Notes under the pieces: model-generated
Told to the model about the DNA's origin: nothing
The model's database searches: none
What the model saw: only the letters and a program-made list of their open reading frames with translations
Shown: positions 51,080 through 60,300 of the stretch, piece after piece
Numbering within the stretch: the stretch's first letter is position 1
Layout: every line of letters starts with the position of its first letter
Translations under genes and position numbers: made by a program
Assembly (NCBI GenBank): GCA_003707115.1
Contig: PPNB01000002.1
Location: forward strand, 62,001-126,000
Direction: 5' to 3'
DNA length: 64,000 bases
Source: Tortispora ganteri
Taxonomy: Eukaryota

Positions 51080-53197
51080 ATGGCTATGCAATACCTATTC
51101 TATCTATTTGCTCTCACTGCAAAGGCTTTACCTGCTAGTAAGCCTGTGGTCACAGAGACAGTCATCTGCACCGAAACTGTTACAGAACTCTGCGCTGCGC
51201 CGACATTTGTCTCTCTCGTTTATGAACAGTCCTACTGTCCGTGTACCACGTCAGGAGAATACACTCTATATGGCACAGATTGTGGTCCAACACTCGTAAC
51301 AACTTACGACAAGCCAACCGCATATCCATGCGGTTGTTCAACCGACGTCGTCACTGTGACTTGTTCCACTGCAACCGCTTTTGAAAAAATTGTCGTCACC
51401 GGACAGGAAACAAAAACGTACTCTTATGTATGGAACCCATCAGAACCTGCAACTGAATACGAAGTTGTTTCATATCACACTAAATACTCAACAAAATACT
51501 TCGGCTCCTTCTTCATTGAGATTCCTGTTGCAACTCCTACTGTCATCACTGAGACTATCACTGAACCAGTCACCGAATTCGTCACTAACACTGTCACTCC
51601 CCCTGCGGCGCCTGAAACTACTACTGAATCTGCAGACGATACACATACTTCATTGGCCGCTCTTACTGAACATTCCAATCCAGCAGTGATACGCAGCAGC
51701 TCCGTGCAACAAAACACATATGTATCAGGTTCCAGTGTTATTGGTTATGTGTCTTCAAATGTCCTATCCTCTTTCGGTGCTGCGTCAAATGTACCCACTT
51801 TTTCACCAGTTCCAGTTCGTTCTTCATCAATAAGCCCTGGAAAGCCAGTGAATAGCCTTGGATTCAATAGCAGTTCGCTCGTTTCTTCGCTTGTGCAATT
51901 ACCAAGTGCCGCCGCTTCCTCAAGTGCTCCGGCTTCCTCAAGTGCCCCGGCCTCTTCTAGTGTCCCGGCTTCCTCAAGTGTACCGGCTTCTTCAAGTGTC
52001 CCGGCCTCTTCTAGTGCTCCGGCCTCTTCTAGTGTCCCGGCTTCTTCAAGTGTCCCGGCTTCCTCAAGTGCCCCGGCTTCTTCAAGTGTCCCGGCCTCTT
52101 CTAGTGCTCCGGCCTCTTCTAGTGTCCCTGCTTCTTCAAGTGTCCCGGCTTCCTCAAGTGCCCCGGCTTCCTCAAGTGCCCCGGCTTCCTCAAGTGCCCC
52201 GGCTTCTTCAAGTGTCCCGGCCTCTTCAAGTGCCCCTGCTTCCTCAAGTGCTCCGGCCTCTTCTAGTGTCCCGGCTTCTTCAAGTGCCCCTGCTTCCTCA
52301 AGTGTCCCGGCTTCCTCAAGTGCTCCGGCCTCTTCTAGTGCTCCGGCCTCTTCTAGTGTCCCTGCTTCCTCAAGTGCTCCGGCTTCCTCAAGTGTCCCGG
52401 CCTCTTCAAGTGTCCCGGCTTCCTCAAGTGCTCCGGCTTCTTCAAGTGTCCCGGCTTCCTCAAGCTCAAGCAGTTCATCTATTTCAAAGTCTAGCAGTGT
52501 CACATCGTCTAGCATAATTCCCTCAAGCAGTCCATTGTCATCCTCTAGCTCCATATATGTCATGCCTAGCAGTACTACGCCTGTTCAATGCGCCGGTATG
52601 ACACCTCAATGTGATCCTTCTGGTCTGGACGTTACCGAATACTGGACACCGGCGATGTATGATTTCAATAATGCTGATATGAGAGGAGGATATCGCGAGA
52701 ACGTAATCCCTGACGCACAAACTGCAGATGGAATCAATGAATTCAATTTGCCTTACACCACAAAAAAAGCCGGGGAAATAGTTAACATTTACGGAATCGA
52801 ATCCGGAGGCAGGCACAACCTTACATTGGAGTTCACGGGATATTTTGTTCCACCTGTCAGTGGAAGGTATGAGGTGCAAAGTACCGCCGATGACGGAATG
52901 GCCATTTTCATTGGTGCTGCTGGAGCTTTCGAGTGTAATGATGTTTATACTCTCCCAGGTGGGGATCCAGTTGCACAATCTCTTGTGTATACCGCTCCGT
53001 ACACCTCTGGTGGTATTTACATGACAGCGGGAGCCGCGTACCCAATCAGAATTGTGTATTATAATCGCGATGGACGTTACGGTCTCACACTCAAGTGGAC
53101 CATTCCTGACAGCGGTACTACAACGGATCTCTCGGGATATCTGTATCCTCCGAGTTGCCCGCTCATTCCGATCAAACCCGAATCTGGATTCAACTAG
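51080..53197 (+). CDS. Secreted adhesin/flocculin-like protein: signal peptide, Cys/Thr-rich N-domain, Ser-rich repeats, C-terminal GLEYA/PA14 lectin domain
   Basis: Signal-like MAMQYLFYLFALTAKALP; PA14 features EFTGYFVPPVSGRY, STADDG (Ca-binding Asp-Asp) and YPIRIVY; no hydrophobic GPI tail. Confidence 0.88.
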   Translation: MAMQYLFYLFALTAKALPASKPVVTETVICTETVTELCAAPTFVSLVYEQSYCPCTTSGEYTLYGTDCGPTLVTTYDKPTAYPCGCSTDVVTVTCSTATAFEKIVVTGQETKTYSYVWNPSEPATEYEVVSYHTKYSTKYFGSFFIEIPVATPTVITETITEPVTEFVTNTVTPPAAPETTTESADDTHTSLAALTEHSNPAVIRSSSVQQNTYVSGSSVIGYVSSNVLSSFGAASNVPTFSPVPVRSSSISPGKPVNSLGFNSSSLVSSLVQLPSAAASSSAPASSSAPASSSVPASSSVPASSSVPASSSAPASSSVPASSSVPASSSAPASSSVPASSSAPASSSVPASSSVPASSSAPASSSAPASSSAPASSSVPASSSAPASSSAPASSSVPASSSAPASSSVPASSSAPASSSAPASSSVPASSSAPASSSVPASSSVPASSSAPASSSVPASSSSSSSSISKSSSVTSSSIIPSSSPLSSSSSIYVMPSSTTPVQCAGMTPQCDPSGLDVTEYWTPAMYDFNNADMRGGYRENVIPDAQTADGINEFNLPYTTKKAGEIVNIYGIESGGRHNLTLEFTGYFVPPVSGRYEVQSTADDGMAIFIGAAGAFECNDVYTLPGGDPVAQSLVYTAPYTSGGIYMTAGAAYPIRIVYYNRDGRYGLTLKWTIPDSGTTTDLSGYLYPPSCPLIPIKPESGFN
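51917..52456 (+). repeat. Coding minisatellite: 30 x 18 bp encoding SSS(A/V)PA
   Basis: Units such as TCCTCAAGTGCTCCGGCT and TCTTCTAGTGTCCCGGCT; 540 bp counted from the translation. Confidence 0.95.
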
Positions 53198-53444
53198 AGT
53201 TTCACGTTGTGGTATATATTTGATAGATAATGCATATCAATCAACTGATTCTTAATTTTATTTCTCTATTAGACTTTATTTTTTATTGTTTTAATTCATT
53301 TATAATTAGACATTGGAGCAGTGGTGAAGAAGTGAAATATGTAAGAAAGTGGTGACATATCACAGCACACCGAGAAAACCTTAAATACGTGCAAAACTTA
53401 CTATTGACAAATAACACATACATTATAATATATCTTATGTATAC

Positions 53445-54566
53445 CTAATCCTTTTTGCAAACGGGATCAAACCCTGAAGCAATATTGCACTGGTGCATAA
53501 GACGTTTTCCCTTTTCGTCAAACTCACCAGTAACGCTGTGCCAGACACCTTGGTTATGGAACATGACAAGATCGCCTTCTTCCCAGTCGTGTGTGTAGAC
53601 GTTTTCAGGGTCGATGGCTGGTCGCATGAGGCGGTAGACCAGCTCACGTGCTTTCTCTAAAGTGTATACTTTTCCATCTTCGGTCTCGATCTTATAGACA
53701 CATGCGCCGTGAATCTGAAGATGATGTTTGCCAGTGACAGGGTTGGTCCATACCATTGGAAGCCGCTTTACCTTTGATGGTTCCCATGGAGGGAGCTCGT
53801 CAAATGAGAGTTCCTTGTTCTCGCTGATCATAGTAAGACCAGTAGAGTGTGCCTTTGCGTTTGAGATGAAGATGTAAGGATGTGGGGCATACTCAACAGT
53901 AGCGCCGAGTGCCAATTTCTTGTCTTCATCGGAAAGCAAGTTAAAGGCATTCTCGCCAGAGATAAATGCAGTAGCAGCTTGTGCTGAGTTCTTAGTGTGA
54001 CCACTGCCATCGTCATACCTGATACGCTGACGTTTCTCGGGGTTTGGGCAGTTGATTCCTAACAAAGTGGTAACAACAGGCGGGGACAGGCCGTAGAGTG
54101 CCGAATCAATATGCCATCGGTAGTAGCGGGTATCTCCTTTAGCAATTTCTTCAATGGAAAGCGGATCCTTGTGGAAGGTAACATGGCTAGGGTGCTTGAG
54201 GTCTATAAGCATCATGCCCTCATGTTCATGATGATGTCCTTGACCAAGAACCTGTACCTGAGGCTGAGTAGGGACGGTAACCCCATCAGCGCGAAGAACG
54301 CTCTTCTCGTGTCTGAACTCCTTGGAGTGGCCGTAGTTTCCTTGGCAGGTAGGATCGCAGCGCTTGGTCAGCTCGTATTGCGATTTGGGGCTAAGGTTCT
54401 TCTGTCCGGGAATGACAAGAACCTGATAGGTCTTCAAAGCACGAACAAGAGTCTGAAAATCCTCTTCTCTGAGCTTCGAGGGATCAGTGACATCGCTAGG
54501 TAAAGTAACCTTTGCTCCGAGTGGAGCATTCTCAAGGGGAGTGATTTGCAGAAGGCTGGCAGTCAT
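53445..54566 (-). CDS. Fe(II)/2-oxoglutarate dioxygenase, TauD superfamily, XanA (xanthine dioxygenase)-like
   Basis: RYYRWHIDSALYGLSPPVVTTL (HxD), HPYIFIS.AKA..TGL, PMVWTNPVTG, HDWEEGDLVMFHN.GVWHSVTG (distal His) and RLMHQCN match the fungal XanA subfamily. Substrate not proven. Confidence 0.88.
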   Translation of the reverse strand: MTASLLQITPLENAPLGAKVTLPSDVTDPSKLREEDFQTLVRALKTYQVLVIPGQKNLSPKSQYELTKRCDPTCQGNYGHSKEFRHEKSVLRADGVTVPTQPQVQVLGQGHHHEHEGMMLIDLKHPSHVTFHKDPLSIEEIAKGDTRYYRWHIDSALYGLSPPVVTTLLGINCPNPEKRQRIRYDDGSGHTKNSAQAATAFISGENAFNLLSDEDKKLALGATVEYAPHPYIFISNAKAHSTGLTMISENKELSFDELPPWEPSKVKRLPMVWTNPVTGKHHLQIHGACVYKIETEDGKVYTLEKARELVYRLMRPAIDPENVYTHDWEEGDLVMFHNQGVWHSVTGEFDEKGKRLMHQCNIASGFDPVCKKD

Positions 54567-55850
54567 CGTACTTATAATTATAGTTCCAACTAAGTGATTG
54601 ATACAAATGAATGATTTTTTAAGGTGCTTATATATTATTTCTATAGCCCTTATCTTAGATCAGGCTGACGTATTTTTTGCTAAGATCTCCGCAAAATCCG
54701 AATAATTTGTTAATATCCGATACTTCCACCAATCATATTGATTTATTCTTCCCAATTATATGTCCGATAAATCCGATATTGCGATATCTAGAACGTTAGA
54801 TTAGATAAGGAGATTACGGGTGTAAGTAGGCTTGAATACAGCCTGGATCGGGTTTAGTTTGTTAATAATCACGGTAAATACCTAATGTGTAATCCGAATA
54901 GTTGTTTGGACAGTGATCTGGTAATCACCTAACTTTTATGCAAGTCATTTGATTCAGAATTCGAAGACGCTAATGTTTACTGAGGTGATTTGAACTCCAG
55001 GATATGGTGCGAACATATAAGGGAGAAAAACTGTGTCAGATAAGACAATCAATGAGCATTATTTCTAAGCTGATTTTTCAATTAATACAATGAAAGTGGC
55101 ACATAGTGTCAACAGTGCGCTAATAGGAATTTGCAATGTGGTCGCACCATACAAAAAAAAAAGAGTCGAACTCTTGAATGAATTACATTTTTATGGCATC
55201 TGAACTGACCTGCGGTTGAGCCATATTAAAACGGATAATGCACTTGGATCCAGCATTCATCTGCTTTTTTAGGGAGCGATCTATTCGCTAAATAAAGTTC
55301 ATTCTGAGCTAAAGTTTGCGATCCCGCGAGTAAAAGGCAGTTATAACGTGCACTCAGAATATGTGATTGCATTTCTGAACTATCTCTGAAGTGTAATACT
55401 TCGCAAAGTTCTATAAAATGATATTTGTTCTTACATGCGATATAAGGCTAATATGTATTCGTGATATTTAGTCATTGTCCGTGAGTAACATCCGATTTTA
55501 AATCCTCAGCTTAACCCCACAAGCGCAACTACCACGACACTATAACTTAGAAGCTTATTAAGCGTGCAATAAACATTATTGGTCTTTCATATTTAAAGAT
55601 AAACTGTATCATGAAGCGGAGTCTGCTAATTGGATAATAACTGTATCAAGTTCTTAAATGGAAAAACCTTCTAAGCCTTTGAATGTTGCACTAATATTCA
55701 GTCTAGACAATCTGACCCAGGCTTTTCCATATATAAGCTAGCCCATGGTGTCCTTCGCTAAAGAATTCTGTTTAGTCAATAAATCACGCACTAGTTACTT
55801 TCATAACGGTAGCAATCAATCTGTGGACAAGATCCAGTCTAAAGCCGAAT
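54567..55850. promoter_or_regulatory. Shared divergent promoter of the dioxygenase and membrane-GNAT genes
   Basis: ATATATAAGC faces each gene (minus strand near 54626-54635; plus strand 55729-55738). GATAA(G) sites at 54649 (reverse), 54766, 54804 and 55039; clustered TCCGA half-sites. Confidence 0.6.
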
Positions 55851-58127
55851 ATGATTTTTTCCGGTCAAAAATTCATGAATCATCAATGGCGACACATAAC
55901 ATATTGGCTTATAGCGGCATGGCTGGCGACTTTCGTTATTTGGGGGGTAAACATTGCTAACATTGTATTGCCTTTTGAAATCGAAACATCTGCACCCAAA
56001 TTACTCATAACCCAGGTATTCTGTGCTCTGTTTGTCGTGACGATTTTAATGGTCATAACAACAATTGATATTTACTGGAGCTACACGGAGAAATATCAAA
56101 AGTATGAGCCCCTCAGACAAATCTTCAGAAACTTTATTTACATCGTGATGCTGGTAATGACGTTCATTGCTATGTACGCATTGATCACCTGCTATGTGGG
56201 AGGACACAATGGGGCTACTCTTGTCATCCTCTGTGGCATATCCCTCATCTGCGAACTTATAGTCTGTGTCGCAATGGCCAGTTTGCAATGGAGAAGTGGT
56301 CGTGTAGTCGGTAGAACAGCCGTCGTTACCTTGGCCATAGTTCATGTTCTCATCGCTTCGTTCATCATCATTCTATGCTGGGGCCCCGTTCTCAGCTACC
56401 AAGAAAATGCTATAGAGTTCGATGTTCACAGAGTTTCTTTGTTTTACCAATTTGCAGCAACTATCACTTGTTGTGCTGCCATTTTTGAACTTGGCATGGG
56501 TGCCGCTGCAACTCCTATAAACCGTCTTAGCAATGCTTACAAACGATTTGCTCTTTTCCACACCTGTTTTATGGTAATCACTATGCTTTGCAACACAGCT
56601 GCCTTTATAACATCCGTGTACGGTGCCACAGGTAACAGGCGTAACTCGTCTAATATATCTGCTGTCACAACTCCTATCATGTTTGGCGCCTCTCTTAGTA
56701 TTAGTGTCTTCTCGCTCATCGCTGTTGCAAAGCTGCTGGAGAAACCTGCTTCAGGGTATAAAACTGAAGAAATCGATATAAATTCACTACCCGACAAATA
56801 CCTCCAAGGATATGCTACTCTTATTGACGCGTATGGCACCAAAATACCCGGCTCATCTGATGGCCAAACTGCTATCGCCATGATGAAAGCTTATTCGAAG
56901 GTCAAACTGGACAATATGCATTGCAAAGTGTTGCGCATTTATAAGCCAATGTCACTTGCTACTCAAATATTCCCTCGGCGTCACAGCACTTTGGAATTCA
57001 TGGATGAAGAGAAGATGATCCTTGAAGCCGAAAAAGAGGTTCAAAACCCTGTGGACAGTTTTGGACAACAACCGCTAACTAAAAATCAATTGAAGAAACT
57101 TGCTAAAAAAAGGCCAATTGATGATATTCTAGCTGCAATTGAAGATGATGCACGAATGAGAGAAGAACTTAAGTCTACAGTGGCGTTAGTTATGATCAGC
57201 GTCATTGAGAATTATGATCTCACTGAAACGCTGACTGGCATGTTTGGACGTGCTATTCAGAAGCTTCTAGGTAAAGAATCAAAATCAAAGCTTTTATGTG
57301 TGCGATTAGGACTGCTTGGATTTCACTGGCCTTTCAGACAAGCTACATTCTTTACTTCTAACGCCAAAAAGCCTGTATCTCGAGCGTGTGAAGTTCGCCG
57401 GGCTATTACCGACTGGAATAAACAACTTCCATCATCTCAAAAATTCTCAATGTTAATGGATCCTACTTACGAACACACATTTATGGAGAAAAGTATTGCA
57501 CCATCTGGTTGGGTTCGTGTACAATTTCCTTCATCTCATATCATCGACTTACGGTCACATACCGGTGAAACTTTGGATGAGTACATGAAAGCTGTCAAGT
57601 ATAGAAGCCAAAGCGCTAAGTTTAATCAAGAAAATGGAAAAGTGATTGAATCATTTGAATTTACAGACGAAGAGTGTCACAAGCTGATCGATATGTGGAA
57701 AAATACTGCGGATAAGCGTGGAAGCGAAGGACACACGGCAACATTGGCTAAACCTGATTATGATATGATTAAGAAGATGAAATCTGATCCTTCTGAAATA
57801 CACAAAAGGTCCCTGTTGTTTCTTGAAATTAATGGAGAAACTATAGCTAGCTCTATCATTTTCAGATTTGGCAAAACAATCACATCGGACATTCAAGGAC
57901 TTGATTATGAAAAAAGCCGTGAATGCAAAGCCTACTTTGTCATGATGCAACATGTTATTGAGATGGGTCTAAAAGAAAAGCGCGGGTTTGTTGATTTTGG
58001 CCCCACAACTGCACAAGCTAAACTTAGCATTGGATGTCAGAGTGTACCGCTTGTGGGAGGCATTAATGCTGGTTGGTTCATATCACTATGTACAAGGATT
58101 GCTGCGAGTCGGGGATTGAATGTTTAA
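55851..58127 (+). CDS. Polytopic membrane protein (about 8 TM) fused to a C-terminal FemAB-like/Acetyltransf_6-type GNAT region
   Basis: Eight hydrophobic helices in aa ~16-296. The C-terminus has IIDL...TLDEYMKAV, LLFLEINGETIASSIIF, GLDYE...YFVMMQHVIE and FVDFGPTT..AKLSIGC, a FemAB-like GNAT pattern. Confidence 0.75.
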   Translation: MIFSGQKFMNHQWRHITYWLIAAWLATFVIWGVNIANIVLPFEIETSAPKLLITQVFCALFVVTILMVITTIDIYWSYTEKYQKYEPLRQIFRNFIYIVMLVMTFIAMYALITCYVGGHNGATLVILCGISLICELIVCVAMASLQWRSGRVVGRTAVVTLAIVHVLIASFIIILCWGPVLSYQENAIEFDVHRVSLFYQFAATITCCAAIFELGMGAAATPINRLSNAYKRFALFHTCFMVITMLCNTAAFITSVYGATGNRRNSSNISAVTTPIMFGASLSISVFSLIAVAKLLEKPASGYKTEEIDINSLPDKYLQGYATLIDAYGTKIPGSSDGQTAIAMMKAYSKVKLDNMHCKVLRIYKPMSLATQIFPRRHSTLEFMDEEKMILEAEKEVQNPVDSFGQQPLTKNQLKKLAKKRPIDDILAAIEDDARMREELKSTVALVMISVIENYDLTETLTGMFGRAIQKLLGKESKSKLLCVRLGLLGFHWPFRQATFFTSNAKKPVSRACEVRRAITDWNKQLPSSQKFSMLMDPTYEHTFMEKSIAPSGWVRVQFPSSHIIDLRSHTGETLDEYMKAVKYRSQSAKFNQENGKVIESFEFTDEECHKLIDMWKNTADKRGSEGHTATLAKPDYDMIKKMKSDPSEIHKRSLLFLEINGETIASSIIFRFGKTITSDIQGLDYEKSRECKAYFVMMQHVIEMGLKEKRGFVDFGPTTAQAKLSIGCQSVPLVGGINAGWFISLCTRIAASRGLNV

Positions 58128-58500
58128 GTGGATACTATATGATACTTTTTGTTAATAGTTTCATATCCACTAGGTTGTATGTTATCGAACAATCAAACGA
58201 GCTTTTTGTCTAATAATTTCTCGTTAATGAAATAGTGGAGGTGATTGATACTGTTCCGATGAGGCTTTAAGTATAGGATATCATAGGTATGATCTGAACG
58301 CAAATATGATAAATATTGCTCAAATTTTATCACAGACGACTGCAGAGGCAATGAAACTAAGAGGTCCAGACCGGTTTCAAATTGAGACACGATTACGGTC
58401 CGATTACATTCCGGTCACATTCCTATTGGGTTTTATACGCGTCCTGGAAGTGTTGTAAAATATCAACATTAAGCTGTAGAATTTGTTCTAATAGCGCTTG

Positions 58501-60300
58501 CTACGCTAGCAAAACTCCCCAGCTTTGTCTTTTGAAAATAGTAAGACAATCTGACCAGTATGTGCAATTACCGCTATCCATTGCATCCCATAGAATGGTA
58601 GCTATTGATTTGAGTTCCGAGAAAAGACCAATTCTTAATAAATTTAAGTTGCTTTCAATCACAGAAAGTAAAAACTGACGCTCTTCATGTATGTTTGAAA
58701 TGGTTAGAAGTATCAGAATAGGCCATGGCAGCGCCGTGCCGTAGAAGTCATCCAACTGAAAGCCCTCTAGCAAACGTAGACACAGTTTCTTCAATTGAAC
58801 AATAGTAGGGTCCAAAAAATGCATATTAGAAATAACCCTATTATAATGAAGCATAGAGCATATCCTCCATGTTTCATAAATGATAGTCCATGAGGGATCT
58901 GCGAAGGAAGGAGCTATGTGAAATTCACGCTGCGCATCAATGTATGCCTTCCATTCCAGCCATTGCAGTGAATTTCTCGAATAATTATCAATATGAGATA
59001 TATCGCAACATAATGTTAAGTAAATTGCCGGTATAGTCCAGATGTAGTCAAGGTCTATGAGCAATGTGCGATCATTTAAGAGATCGCTTGTAGATATCTT
59101 TGGCTTACGAGCAGTCAACAAGCAGGCAAACATATCGTACTTCATGATACGTGCTGCCAGTATAAATTGCCGCTTGTCTGAGTCCTTTTTTAAAAATGCT
59201 TGATAGGTAAAATAGTTATGAAAAGCTTCTAGATGGATGGGCCAAGTATACTTGTTGGTCTCCTGTACATCTAGAGTGAGTTGAACAAGAAATGCAGCCA
59301 TTACCTCTGATGTCCACTCTTCCTTTGTGTTGGAGCAAATTGCAGTCGGTGAAACTTTTTGAGACATGTAATTATAAGAGCGAGCCCTGCAATATAGTGC
59401 AAATTCTTTGTAAATACTATTAATGTGGCTGAGCTGGAATCCAGATAAAGCCAATATGCCATAGAAAGAGCTAATATCCTGTGACGCAATAGGAAGGTAC
59501 CACTTGATCGAAGAGTTATCCTCAGTAGATACGTGTATTGGATCTAAAGAGCTGCATGTAAAAAAAATATAATGCTCGAACATTGTTCTCATATGTGGAT
59601 TTAGCAACAACTTCTTAATCTGCTCTGGGAATCCTGCGGTGCACAAATTATGCGAGAGGAGATCGACGTAGGATGTTGACCTGCTTAAGTCTTCTAAAAA
59701 ACTTTGATGTAGTACTTGGTCGCATTCTTCGTTTGAATTATTGGACTGGAGCAAGTAATTTGGCTTCTTTAACCTTAGAGTGGAAGGATCATGTTCAGTA
59801 ACGTCGTACAATGAAACGCTTCGTATTGATTGAGACATTGCATGAACCGGTTCAAGATTTAGAGCAGTTTCCACTGAAGTTTCTGGCAAAAATAAACTTT
59901 GCAAAGAAGAATAGTGCTGGAAATAGTCTGGTGGTTCACTCTGCTTTTGTGTCGCACGACTTAACGATCCACTCAGGATGCCAGTCTGCTTTTCTTTAGC
60001 GCGACGGTGTCGGTTGCGCGTTGGCGGCTGGTACTTTGAGCATATTGAGCTTGATATTTCTAACCATTTTAGACGAATGGGATATTTGCAATTAATATTG
60101 GACTTGATGCAGGAAGAACACCTCGGACGTTCTTTACTGCATTTTACACCTAACGATTCGCAGTTCATGCAGCCTATGGTTAGATCAAAGCAAAAAGGTA
60201 CATGACTATACTTGCAAAGAGTATTTCTATACTTATAATCTAATGGTTACTTACTCAGTTTAGTTGCAGGTTTTGAGCTAGATTTATTCTGGGCAGTCAT
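58501..60300 (-). CDS. Zn(II)2Cys6 transcription factor with C-terminal fungal TF domain; two exons (60255-60300, 58501-60173)
   Basis: An 81-nt intron (60174-60254; GTAAGT...TCTAAC-CATAG) restores the first Cys: MTAQNKSSSKPATKLS-CMNCESLGVKCSKERPRCSSCIKSNINCKYPIRLKW. Later motifs WPIHL and LPWPILIL. Confidence 0.85.

Noticed and set aside
51917..52456. Regular short repeats that could suggest a CRISPR array
   Set aside because: Contiguous units with no unique spacers, in-frame within a eukaryotic CDS, and no cas genes.
51745..52563. 272-aa antisense ORF (LEEAGT/A repeats) and 219-aa alternate-frame ORF 51858-52517
   Set aside because: By-products of the stop-free 18-bp coding repeat in the adhesin; no independent coding signal.
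55745..55960. Out-of-frame 71-codon ORF overlapping the start of the TM-GNAT gene (possible uORF or first exon)
   Set aside because: Its ATG is under 10 nt from the TATA box, so it is probably upstream of the TSS; no GTAAGT-type donor links it to the main frame.
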